Of a stretch of DNA of 64,000 nucleotides, positions 1 to 6,999 are shown one piece after another (the first letter of the stretch is position 1; every line of letters starts with the position of its first letter). Origin of the DNA: a virus (lineage: Duplodnaviria; Heunggongvirae; Uroviricota; Caudoviricetes). A program made the translations under genes and the position numbers. The stretch lies in the IMG/VR virus record IMGVR_UViG_3300033068_001655; one strand, given 5' to 3'. The notes beneath the pieces are model-generated. The model searched no databases and was not told the DNA's origin. It worked only from the letters and a program-made list of their open reading frames with translations.

Positions 1-114
1 GCAACCAATTCTGGTGAGATTGTAAGAGTAATCGGATATTGTGTTGATGAGCCAGTATCCACCGCAGGTACATTATATTTCTGTCCAGACACAACTTGGA
101 TTGAAATTACATAA
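1..114 (+). CDS. 3' end of a hypothetical protein (5' partial, enters from upstream of window)
   Basis: Frame 1 is open from base 1 to TAA at 112-114 (...GEIVRVIGYCVDEPVSTAGTLYFCPDTTWIEIT*). No recognisable family. Confidence 0.3.
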   Translation, partial: ATNSGEIVRVIGYCVDEPVSTAGTLYFCPDTTWIEIT

Positions 115-149
115 AAAATAAAATAATAGATGGCTTTAATTAACTTTGG

Positions 150-262
150 ATATAGAGTAGATATGGCAACACTGGAAAATCCAGTACTCTCCATATTAGC
201 AGTGAGCAAGGGAATCGAACCCTATACATTTAAACGTACGTGCTGCTTTCCAGGCAGACCCA
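150..262 (-). pseudogene. Degenerate tRNA fragments (tRNA-Ser-like 3' T-arm/acceptor piece joined to a tRNA 5'-flank/start piece)
   Basis: The minus strand reads agggttcgattccc ttgctcact (T-arm + 3' acceptor strand) with no matching 5' acceptor. It is followed by aatatggagag, which copies the 5' flank and first 6 nt of tRNA-Ser at 1263-1275. The 206-228 segment resembles the 3' end of that tRNA-Ser. Confidence 0.35.
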
Positions 263-276
263 ATCACCATCATGGC

Positions 277-1113
277 TTACTCACTATTTTTTATAATATA
301 ATTTATTGTACTTCTTGAGACATTAAAATGTTTTGCAATATCAATTTGTTTTTTACCTTCACTATACATTTTAATAACATCTTCTTTATTAACTCTATTG
401 TATTTTATACCTAATTCATTTTTATATTTTTTTATTATATCACTTATTGTACCATTTGAGGCACTAAAATGTTTTGCAATATCAATTTGTTTTTTACCTT
501 CACTATACATTTTAATAACTAAATCTCTATCAATTTTATGTTGTTTTTCTTTATAATTTATTACTTTAGAATAGATTTCATGTTTATACTTATTATAAAA
601 ACTTATATCAGAGTGTTCTAATACATGACAGTTTGCACACAAAACATCACACTTATTAATTTCATCCTTTATTAGTTTAGAAAGATCATATATAGAGTTG
701 AATCTTTCACTAATACTACCTATTGAAAATTCCTTTTCGTTAGGATCTCTATGATGAAATGTTAAACTAGCAGGACATTTATTGTAACCACATTTTATAC
801 ATTCACTTCCACCATATTCTAAGTATATTAATTTAGATCTACTTCTTTCATTATTATCCTCATTGTAATGATGTTCTCTATGACAATTTTGACACAGTAT
901 AATACATTTATCTAATTCATTTTTTATTTTTGATAATCTATAATTTTTTGATTCTCCAAACTCAAAATCTTTATTATTTTTATCAATATGATGAAATGTT
1001 AACTGAAATATATTATTGTTTTGACAATTTTGGCATACACCATCTTTATTGTTTAATAATATAATTTTTTTTGCATATTTTAGTATTTTCTGTAATTTTA
1101 ATTTTTTTTCCAT
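277..1113 (-). CDS. HNH homing endonuclease with two tandem HNH motifs and two tandem C-terminal HTH repeats
   Basis: Two copies of the C-x2-C...FHH(I/R)D...N...LC-x-NCH-x-x-H pattern (HNH fold). The C-terminus carries a duplicated DVIKMYSEGKKQIDIAKHF helix-turn-helix. Sits next to the tRNA cluster. Confidence 0.7.
   Translation of the reverse strand: MEKKLKLQKILKYAKKIILLNNKDGVCQNCQNNNIFQLTFHHIDKNNKDFEFGESKNYRLSKIKNELDKCIILCQNCHREHHYNEDNNERSRSKLIYLEYGGSECIKCGYNKCPASLTFHHRDPNEKEFSIGSISERFNSIYDLSKLIKDEINKCDVLCANCHVLEHSDISFYNKYKHEIYSKVINYKEKQHKIDRDLVIKMYSEGKKQIDIAKHFSASNGTISDIIKKYKNELGIKYNRVNKEDVIKMYSEGKKQIDIAKHFNVSRSTINYIIKNSE
323..521. repeat. Perfect 56-bp direct repeat (323-378 and 466-521) inside the HNH gene, encoding the duplicated HTH
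   Basis: aaaatgttttgcaatatcaatttgttttttaccttcactatacattttaataac occurs twice, 143 bp apart. Confidence 0.85.
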
Positions 1114-1181
1114 TATTTCGATTATTTTATTTATATATTAAATAAACTAATCGAACTTTTCCAAATATGGATTTTTTATAG

Positions 1182-1269
1182 AAGAGAGCGAGGGATTCGA
1201 ACCCTCAACCCAGATTCCTCCGAGCTACCACTTTTCAAGAGTGGCTCTTCATCCAACCAGATGCTCTCC
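1182..1269 (-). tRNA. tRNA-Ser (anticodon UGA), type II with long variable arm
   Basis: Minus strand: ggagagc-at-ctgg..., anticodon arm ccact/cttgaaa/agtgg, long variable arm, T arm gaggg ttcgaat ccctc, acceptor gctctct. No encoded CCA. Confidence 0.85.
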
Positions 1270-1275
1270 ATATTG

Positions 1276-1347
1276 TGATTCCAGAGGGATTCGAACCCCC
1301 ATCTGATCGTTCGTAGCGACCTGTCCTATCCATTGAACGATGGAACC
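1276..1347 (-). tRNA. tRNA-Arg (anticodon ACG)
   Basis: Minus strand: ggttcca..., anticodon arm ggtcg/ctacgaa/cgatc, T arm tgggg gttcgaat ccctc, acceptor tggaatc. Confidence 0.85.
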
Positions 1348-1391
1348 AATTAAAAACAAAAAACCCTTGAACTTTTTTGGTTCAAGGGTTT
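1348..1391 (-). terminator. Rho-independent terminator / strong hairpin (12-bp stem aaacccttgaac/gttcaagggttt, then T-run on minus strand)
   Basis: Perfect 12-bp inverted repeat with a 7-nt loop. The minus strand continues tttgtttttaatt. Lies between the embedded protein gene and tRNA-Arg/Ser. Confidence 0.5.
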
Positions 1392-1565
1392 CAAATAACT
1401 TTTTACTGAAAAATTATGAATACACAAGAACCTCCCTCAATTTACTTGAGCGACTAGACGAACTTGACGATGTACTGATAATTGTTTTCATATTATTTAT
1501 ATATTATATTTTATTTCTTTGTTTATACAAAATTACAAACTTTTTTTAATTTAACCTAATTTTTT

Positions 1566-2756
1566 TTAACTTCTTAATTGAAATGTACCATTTGTCTCAT
1601 TTAACAAGAAGTGTCTTTTATCTGGTTGTTGAGTATATAAAGTTGCTGTATTTCCTTTATCCTCAACATTAAACACCATAAATCTAAAACTATCTAAATA
1701 TGGAAATGGTTTATTCATATCCACTTTAATTTTAGTTGTCATTTGTTGATTATTATTACCATTATAGTGAGATAATTTATACTCATTACTCTCTGCCCAT
1801 TTCTTAAATAAGTTTTGAATATGATCATTAGCATAAACACGATCCATATATTTACCTTTATCAGTTTCCCAAAGTAAACAACGTCCTATCAATTTATCCT
1901 CTGCATTAGTAAGAATTAGCATCTTAACATTATTATCTATATTCGTATAGATGTCAAAGAAATCTTGACATTGATTTAATCTCATACAAGAATTGTTTAA
2001 TGTACCACAACCTTTTGCATAATTTGCTTCCAAATACCATTTCTTAACTTCTTCACCTTCAACAACTTTGAAGTATTCAAAAGCATTTCTATCAAATGCA
2101 TTGTTTGATTTATATAAATTGACAAAAGTTTCAATGTCTTTCGCGTTAAATTTAACGTGTTTGTTGTTTTTTTGAATTTCAGTTAAAACTTTATTAAGAA
2201 ATCTACCGAACTTAATCTCAGTTGATTTTGTAGTACTATCATCAATTGATGGTCTTAATGCACTTATTTGTCTAAGACTGTCTGCATGAAGAATAGAAAA
2301 TTCTTTCTCTTGACCAACAGAAGTTAAATGTATGATTTTATAATCACCTTCATATCTACTCCAAGCAGGATATTCTGCAACAATTTTAAATTTAACACCT
2401 TGTGTACTATCTCCTTGGTTAAACCTTCCGTTAAAAAATACGTTTTTTGAATAACGGTTTTCGTCATTTGCTTCAATTCCTTCTGCTTGTAACATTTGTT
2501 TTAATGCCACTCTATAGATTTCATGATTTAAACCAACTACGGTTGGATTAGGAAGTGTGTATAAAAAGTTATCTTTAGAGACTTTACTACTATAAAATTT
2601 TACAGTATCATCATCTTTACCTTTGTCTACTGATAAAAAATCAGTTATTTTATAAGAATCACTTAAAAAATAACTTAGAATGTCCATCTGTTCACCAGTT
2701 GTACATTGATTCTGAATTGTTCTGATTATACTATGAAGTTGTTCTCCTATTAACAT
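1566..2756 (-). CDS. Hypothetical protein embedded in the tRNA cluster; paralog of the 29036-30226 protein
   Basis: Long ORF. Track start 2861 overlaps the tRNA 3' end, so start was moved to internal ATG at 2756 (396 aa, same length as its paralog). Shared C-terminal block IGRCLLWETDKGKYMDRVY versus IGRALLWTLDDGRQLMDTIY. Function unknown. Confidence 0.6.
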   Translation of the reverse strand: MLIGEQLHSIIRTIQNQCTTGEQMDILSYFLSDSYKITDFLSVDKGKDDDTVKFYSSKVSKDNFLYTLPNPTVVGLNHEIYRVALKQMLQAEGIEANDENRYSKNVFFNGRFNQGDSTQGVKFKIVAEYPAWSRYEGDYKIIHLTSVGQEKEFSILHADSLRQISALRPSIDDSTTKSTEIKFGRFLNKVLTEIQKNNKHVKFNAKDIETFVNLYKSNNAFDRNAFEYFKVVEGEEVKKWYLEANYAKGCGTLNNSCMRLNQCQDFFDIYTNIDNNVKMLILTNAEDKLIGRCLLWETDKGKYMDRVYANDHIQNLFKKWAESNEYKLSHYNGNNNQQMTTKIKVDMNKPFPYLDSFRFMVFNVEDKGNTATLYTQQPDKRHFLLNETNGTFQLRS

Positions 2757-2830
2757 ATTTGCTTGGTTTTTATTACTCGACAAAAGTAATAATAAGTTAT
2801 GAGTTATACAAATAAAATTTGATTTTTTTG

Positions 2831-2963
2831 GTAGAAAGGTGGGACTCGAACCCACAACCACGGCTTTAAAAGAGCGAAGTAACTTATTTCATTGCTACTA
2901 AATTTCTTTAGAGAAAGACTGATTAAGTATGATTACGTGCTCTACCAATTGAGCTACTTTCTA
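2831..2963 (-). tRNA. tRNA gene with ~60-nt internal insertion (putative intron or disrupted tRNA); isotype undetermined
   Basis: The 5' half tagaaag-ta-gctc aattggta gagc and the 3' half gtggg ttcgagt cccac ctttcta are perfectly complementary acceptor halves. They are separated by ~60 extra nt, and no intact anticodon arm exists in either half. Confidence 0.5.
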
Positions 2964-2969
2964 CATTTG

Positions 2970-3044
2970 TGGAGACTCCAGTTATCGAAGCTGGGTCGCA
3001 AGGGCCCTTCCGCCCTCCGCTCTACCATTCTGAGCTAAATCTCC
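2970..3044 (-). tRNA. tRNA-like gene with non-canonical anticodon loop (6-nt ggaagg loop, or 8-nt if the closing pair is open)
   Basis: Acceptor ggagatt/agtctcc and D arm gctc agaatggta gagc are canonical, with a T arm. The anticodon region agggc ggaagg gccct lacks U33. Possible pseudogene. Confidence 0.45.
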
Positions 3045-3049
3045 ATTTG

Positions 3050-3122
3050 TGGAGCCGACGGGTTACGATCCCGTTCCTCTGGATTTTCAGTCCAGCGCAA
3101 TGACCACATCTGCCACAGCTCC
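3050..3122 (-). tRNA. tRNA-Phe (anticodon GAA)
   Basis: Acceptor ggagctg/cggctcc, anticodon arm ctgga/ctgaaaa/tccag, T arm acggg..cccgt. Confidence 0.8.
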
Positions 3123-3129
3123 AATTTTG

Positions 3130-3202
3130 GGTGTAAGACGGGACTCGAACCCGCAATACCTTGGTTCACAACCAAGTGCTTTGACCATTAAGCTACCTAC
3201 AC
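3130..3202 (-). tRNA. tRNA-His (anticodon GUG), no encoded G-1
   Basis: Acceptor gtgtagg/cttacac, discriminator C, anticodon arm cttgg/ttgtgaa/ccaag, T arm gcggg ttcgagt cccgt. Confidence 0.75.
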
Positions 3203-3204
3203 AG

Positions 3205-3279
3205 TGACCCCGGTGGGGCTCGAACCCACGACCCCCTGATTAAAAGTCAGGTGCTCTAAACCAACTGAGCTACGAAGTC
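3205..3279 (-). tRNA. tRNA-Lys (anticodon UUU)
   Basis: Acceptor gacttcg/cggggtc, D arm gctc agttggttta gagc, anticodon arm cctga/cttttaa/tcagg, T arm gtggg ttcgagc cccac. Confidence 0.85.
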
Positions 3280-3288
3280 AAATTTTTG

Positions 3289-3361
3289 TTCTCCCGGTAG
3301 GGCTCGAACCTACGATCCATGCATTAAGAGTGCGTTGCTTTACCAACTCAGCTACAAGAGA
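3289..3361 (-). tRNA. tRNA-Lys (anticodon CUU), one C·A mismatch in the anticodon stem
   Basis: Acceptor tctcttg/cgggaga, anticodon arm acgca/ctcttaa/tgcat, T arm gtagg ttcgagc cctac. Confidence 0.6.
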
Positions 3362-3370
3362 ATTTTCTTG

Positions 3371-3456
3371 TTCCCCCTACAGGACTCGAACCTGTGACCC
3401 ATCGTTTAAAAGACGATTGCTCTAAGCTTAACGCAAACCAACTGAGCTAAGAGGGA
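3371..3456 (-). tRNA. tRNA-Lys (UUU)-like with ~11-nt insertion in the D-loop
   Basis: Acceptor tccctct/aggggga; anticodon arm atcgt/cttttaa/acgat and T arm acagg ttcgagt cctgt are perfect. The D region gctc agttggtt-tgcgttaagct-ta gagc is ~11 nt too long (86 nt total). Confidence 0.55.
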
Positions 3457-3464
3457 ATATATTG

Positions 3465-3535
3465 CACGCCCAAAAGGATTCGAACCTTTATCAACGGTTT
3501 TGGAGACCGTCATGCTACCGTTGCACCATAGGCGT
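3465..3535 (-). tRNA. tRNA-Trp (anticodon CCA)
   Basis: Acceptor acgccta/tgggcgt, anticodon arm acggt/ctccaaa/accgt, T arm aaagg ttcgaat ccttt. Confidence 0.85.
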
Positions 3536-3541
3536 ATGTTG

Positions 3542-3613
3542 TGCGGACTATCGGAATCGAACCGATCTCTTAGGTGCTTCAAACCTACGCTAAACCGTCT
3601 CAGCTAAATCCGC
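3542..3613 (-). tRNA. tRNA-Phe-like (anticodon GAA; loop ttgaagc)
   Basis: Acceptor gcggatt/agtccgc, anticodon arm taggt/ttgaagc/accta, T arm atcgg ttcgatt ccgat. Confidence 0.6.
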
Positions 3614-3624
3614 ATTATATTTTG

Positions 3625-3697
3625 TGGACCCTCAGGGAATCGAGCCCTGTCCTTTGGATTTTCAGTCCAACGTACGCACCAGCTATACGAAAGGTCC
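3625..3697 (-). tRNA. tRNA-Phe (anticodon GAA), paralog of the 3050-3122 gene
   Basis: Acceptor ggacctt/agggtcc, anticodon arm ttgga/ctgaaaa/tccaa, T arm caggg ctcgatt ccctg. Confidence 0.75.
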
Positions 3698-3777
3698 ATT
3701 ATTATTTTGGGTGCCCCTTATCTAGTATTTCTACCACAGGTAATCTTATCATATTCGGATTAAACCGAACCCCCTTG

Positions 3778-3850
3778 GGTGAAAGACGGGGATCGAACCC
3801 GCGACATCCAGAACCACAATCTAGCGCTCTACCACTGAGCTACAATCACC
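3778..3850 (-). tRNA. tRNA-His (anticodon GUG) with genomically encoded G-1 opposite C73; two U·U mismatches in the acceptor stem
   Basis: g-gtgattg-ta-gctc agtggta gagc, anticodon arm ctaga/ttgtggt/tctgg, T arm gcggg ttcgatc cccgt, acceptor 3' ctttcac + C. Confidence 0.65.
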
Positions 3851-3859
3851 ATATATTCG

Positions 3860-3932
3860 CACAAGCCAAGGGAGTCGAACCCTTTCCATCCGAGGTTTTG
3901 GAGACCTGGTGCATACCATTATGCTGACCTGT
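3860..3932 (-). tRNA. Degenerate tRNA-Trp-like (anticodon CCA) gene
   Basis: Acceptor acaggtc/ggcttgt and T arm aaggg ttcgact ccctt are sound, with anticodon loop ctccaaa. However position 8 is A, the D-loop is 4 nt, there is a C·C mismatch in the anticodon stem and the variable loop is 7 nt. Likely pseudogene. Confidence 0.4.
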
Positions 3933-3941
3933 ATTTTTTTG

Positions 3942-4014
3942 TTCCCCCGATGGGCCTCGAACCCACTACTCCTTGGTTAAAAGCCAAGTGCCCGTCCACA
4001 TGAGCTTCGAAGGA
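3942..4014 (-). tRNA. tRNA-Lys (anticodon UUU), third copy
   Basis: Acceptor tccttcg/cggggga, anticodon arm cttgg/cttttaa/ccaag, T arm gtggg ttcgagg cccat. Position 8 is A. Confidence 0.65.
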
Positions 4015-4017
4015 TTA

Positions 4018-4428
4018 TTAGTATTTCATAATTTCTCTTATAAATTCATCAATTGTATTGAATTTATTTTTTTTATATAATTTTAATATTTTTATTTTAG
4101 ATATATTACCATTTTTACTTTTTCTTCTATTGATAGAATGTTTTAAATTTTCTTGTTGTGTCAGACATTCTAAATTATTAACATTATTATTTTGTCGGTC
4201 ACCATCTATATGATTAACTTGTAAATCTTCACTATAATTATTAACAAATGTCATTGCTACAATTCTGTGTACAAGAAGCGTCTTTGACTTTTTATTATTT
4301 GTTAGACTCACATCCATATATCCTCTATTATTTAATCTTACTCTCATTATTCTATTTGTCTTTGTATTTATTATGACACCATCCTCATTTATAGAATAAT
4401 TTTCAAATCCTTTAATTTTTTTAAACAT
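4018..4428 (-). CDS. HNH homing endonuclease (NUMOD4 + HNH_3 type)
   Basis: N-terminal GFENYSINEDGVI (NUMOD4-like) and LVHRIVAMTF...VNHIDGDRQNNNVNNLECLTQQENLKH (HNH_3). Bounds the 5' side of the tRNA island. Confidence 0.75.
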   Translation of the reverse strand: MFKKIKGFENYSINEDGVIINTKTNRIMRVRLNNRGYMDVSLTNNKKSKTLLVHRIVAMTFVNNYSEDLQVNHIDGDRQNNNVNNLECLTQQENLKHSINRRKSKNGNISKIKILKLYKKNKFNTIDEFIREIMKY

Positions 4429-4453
4429 AACAATTTATTTTTATTGTATATAT

Positions 4454-4480
4454 AAAAAAACCCGAACGCTTTTGTTCGGG
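4454..4480 (-). terminator. Rho-independent terminator (cccgaac/gttcggg stem, T7 run on minus strand)
   Basis: aaaaaaa cccgaac gctttt gttcggg. Downstream of the minus-strand run of small genes 5520-4727. Confidence 0.5.
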
Positions 4481-4726
4481 TTATATGTTATGTTTTTAAT
4501 CTCTATAATACTAATTTGGAGTTATACTCCATCAAAGTCTGAGAACGACATACTCATACATCCGAACTTGTGGCTAAACCACTTGAACGATTTACTAAAG
4601 CTTGTATGTTTAAAATTTGTTCTCATTATTGTATATATTAAAAGTTTATTCTTCCTTTTTGTTATTTTGTTATTTTTATAGTACAAAAGTAATAAAAGTT
4701 TACTTATCTACCAAATTTATTTTAAT

Positions 4727-4978
4727 TTATTTTAAAATTTCGTTTAATTTATCATTTCGGAGTGTACTAACACTTCTTTTTACATTAGCATATACTTTCA
4801 TGTCATTCTTAATAACTAATTCATAATCAAATTCATCATCTTCTTTAATAGGTAATAATGTTTTAATTTGACTCAAATCTAAAAATATATGAGTTAGTAA
4901 ACTATACATAGTAGTTGCAAAAACTCCATCATCATCTATGAGTGAGTAGTTATCGTTACCGTCTGTTATTAGTTTCAT
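4727..4978 (-). CDS. Hypothetical small protein
   Basis: 83-aa ORF in a minus-strand operon. TATATTTG motif lies directly upstream of the ATG. Confidence 0.4.
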   Translation of the reverse strand: MKLITDGNDNYSLIDDDGVFATTMYSLLTHIFLDLSQIKTLLPIKEDDEFDYELVIKNDMKVYANVKRSVSTLRNDKLNEILK

Positions 4979-5005
4979 ATCTTATACAAATATACAAAAT
5001 TATTT

Positions 5006-5251
5006 TTACAAACCAAGAATTTGTTCAAGTTTTTTATCTCTGTATTCTTCTAAAGTTAGAAAATCTCTTGCGTAGTATTGTCCAAGTTTATTCTTCTTAT
5101 CGTCATAAACATCATATATAGGACAGATACCATAATCACCTAGAAGTTTCTCTTCTATATAAGTACCCCAATAAGTTTCGTTTACAACTAATTTTTTATT
5201 TCTTGTATAGGAAATATCTGGTTCCTCTATACATATTATTTTTAAAACCAT
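5006..5251 (-). CDS. Hypothetical small protein
   Basis: 81-aa ORF, tightly packed with its neighbours. Confidence 0.4.
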   Translation of the reverse strand: MVLKIICIEEPDISYTRNKKLVVNETYWGTYIEEKLLGDYGICPIYDVYDDKKNKLGQYYARDFLTLEEYRDKKLEQILGL

Positions 5252-5253
5252 AT

Positions 5254-5520
5254 TTAAAGTCTTTTAATGTCAGGTAAAGTTTCACTTGAGTTTATTAAGT
5301 TACGAATAACTGCTTTTTTTAAAGGAGTAAGTTTTTTATTCTTTAAAGTTTCTTCTACAATAGTGTGATAAGTTAGTACAGACATATTGTGACTTTTGAA
5401 GTTAGTTGACTCATTTTTAATGAGTTCATCATAATCTGCACTTGGCATTGATTCTTTAAATAATTGACGATGTATATCGAGAATTATCTTTTCCTCTTTA
5501 CTAATTTTGGTCATTTCCAT
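5254..5520 (-). CDS. Hypothetical small protein
   Basis: 88-aa ORF. Confidence 0.4.
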   Translation of the reverse strand: MEMTKISKEEKIILDIHRQLFKESMPSADYDELIKNESTNFKSHNMSVLTYHTIVEETLKNKKLTPLKKAVIRNLINSSETLPDIKRL

Positions 5521-5566
5521 AATTATATTTTGTGTTTTTTATATATAAAAGAAAAAATCTGTTAAA

Positions 5567-5770
5567 ATGCCTGCTAAATCGAGACAGCAATTAAAATACA
5601 TATTTGCGATGCGTCGTAAATATAAAAATAAAAAAAGTGCTCCTAAACATATGAAGTGGGTATTTAACAAAGATTGGACCCACAATGTCAAAGCATCGGG
5701 GTTACCAACCAAAGTTAAAAATTTTCAAACCTATATATCCGAGAATTATGATGCTACTACTAAAAAGTAG
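5567..5770 (+). CDS. Small basic protein, DUF3008-like (MPAKS...KxxGLPxKV)
   Basis: MPAKSRQQLKYIF...KASGLPTKVK resembles the phage DUF3008 family from memory. Converges on and overlaps the tyrS 3' end by ~25 nt. Confidence 0.4.
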   Translation: MPAKSRQQLKYIFAMRRKYKNKKSAPKHMKWVFNKDWTHNVKASGLPTKVKNFQTYISENYDATTKK

Positions 5771-6999
5771 TTTTTCTTACCTCTCTGAACTATAATAAAT
5801 TTGTCATTTATCAAATCACCATCAGTTACGATGTAGTTATCTTCTCTTTTTATTTTATTTATTGCAACAGAGTTTTCTTTTAAGGCTCTTCTTGCTTCAC
5901 TAACAGATTTTAAGAACCCAGTTTTAAATAAAATATCAGTCATTGATATACCATTTACAATATCTTTCATTGGAATATTTGCCATTGGTAATCCACTAAA
6001 TATATCTAAAATTGTTTCATTATCAAGTGAATTTAAGTTACCGTTATTGAATAGAATGTTTGATGCTTCTACTGCTTTGTTAAACTCTTCTTCACCATGA
6101 ACCATTATAGTGATTTCTTTAGCCAATGTTTTTTGTAATAAAAACAAATGTTTGGCTTTATTGTGTTCTTCTATTAAATTATCAATAGTTTCTTTATCTA
6201 AAAATGTAAAGATTTTAATAAATCTTTCTGCATCTGCATCATCAGTACTTACCCAAAATTGGAAAAACTTGTAAACAGATGTTTTATCTTTATCTAACCA
6301 TATATTCCCACCTTCTGATTTACCAAATTTTGTACCATCAGCTTTTGTTAAAAGAGGACAAGTCATTGCAAATGCTTCTCTACCTGGGAACATCTTATGT
6401 ATCAATTCAGTACCGGTTGTTATATTACCCCATTGATCAGAACCACCCATTTGTAATAAACAGTTATGTTCTTTATTAAGGTGTAAGAAATCGTACCCTT
6501 GAATCAATTGGTAAGTAAACTCTGTGAAAGACATACCTTCACCTTCAATACGGTTTTTTACAGACTGTTTTGATAACATGTAATTTACGGTAATTCTTTT
6601 ACCAATGTCTCTTACAAAGTCTATAAAACTAAACTTTGACATCCAATCGTAGTTGTTAAGAACTGGTGTATCACCTAAAAATCTGGTTAAAGTATTTTTT
6701 ATACCTTCTACATTTTTATTAAGTATTTCTTCATCTAAAAGATTTCTTTCAGAAGATTTACCAGAAGGGTCACCGATCATACCAGTAGCACCACCGACAA
6801 CTGCGATTGGATTATGTCCAAAGTTCTTCATGTGTTTTAACAGAATTATTGGAACTAAACTACCTATATGTAGAGAATCTGACGTTGGGTCAAATCCAAT
6901 ATAAGCGGTGGTGGCTTCTTTTAAAAGTTGAGCCTCCGTTCCGGGTATCATATCATGTACTAACCCACGCCATTTTAATTCTTCTACTATATTTTTCAT
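5746..6999 (-). CDS. tyrS: Tyrosyl-tRNA synthetase, bacterial type with C-terminal S4 domain
   Basis: HIGH-class motif DPTSDSLHIGSLVP, GGSDQWGNI, KMSKS-equivalent KFGKS, C-terminal S4-like region. Confidence 0.9.
   Translation of the reverse strand: MKNIVEELKWRGLVHDMIPGTEAQLLKEATTAYIGFDPTSDSLHIGSLVPIILLKHMKNFGHNPIAVVGGATGMIGDPSGKSSERNLLDEEILNKNVEGIKNTLTRFLGDTPVLNNYDWMSKFSFIDFVRDIGKRITVNYMLSKQSVKNRIEGEGMSFTEFTYQLIQGYDFLHLNKEHNCLLQMGGSDQWGNITTGTELIHKMFPGREAFAMTCPLLTKADGTKFGKSEGGNIWLDKDKTSVYKFFQFWVSTDDADAERFIKIFTFLDKETIDNLIEEHNKAKHLFLLQKTLAKEITIMVHGEEEFNKAVEASNILFNNGNLNSLDNETILDIFSGLPMANIPMKDIVNGISMTDILFKTGFLKSVSEARRALKENSVAINKIKREDNYIVTDGDLINDKFIIVQRGKKNYFLVVAS

Noticed and set aside
1340-1549. 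69-aa plus-strand ORF
   Set aside because: Overlaps the tRNA-Arg 5' end and the 12-bp terminator hairpin. Low-complexity AT-rich tail; no support.
2831-2963. Group I intron in the split tRNA
   Set aside because: The insert is only ~60 nt, far below the minimum size of a group I intron core (P1-P9). Kept as a putative intron or insertion of unknown type.
3698-3777. A further tRNA in the 80-nt gap between tRNA-Phe and tRNA-His
   Set aside because: No acceptor-stem pairing or T-arm could be found on either strand; only a small hairpin (ttcgg attaaa ccgaa). Possibly a decayed tRNA; not callable.
3574-3927. 117-aa plus-strand ORF in the track
   Set aside because: It lies entirely across five tRNA genes on the opposite strand (their GC-rich stems keep frames open). 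Spurious.
4472-4826. Two overlapping 69-aa plus-strand ORFs
   Set aside because: Hydrophobic and low-complexity, in an AT-rich intergenic region containing a terminator; typical AT-rich frame noise.
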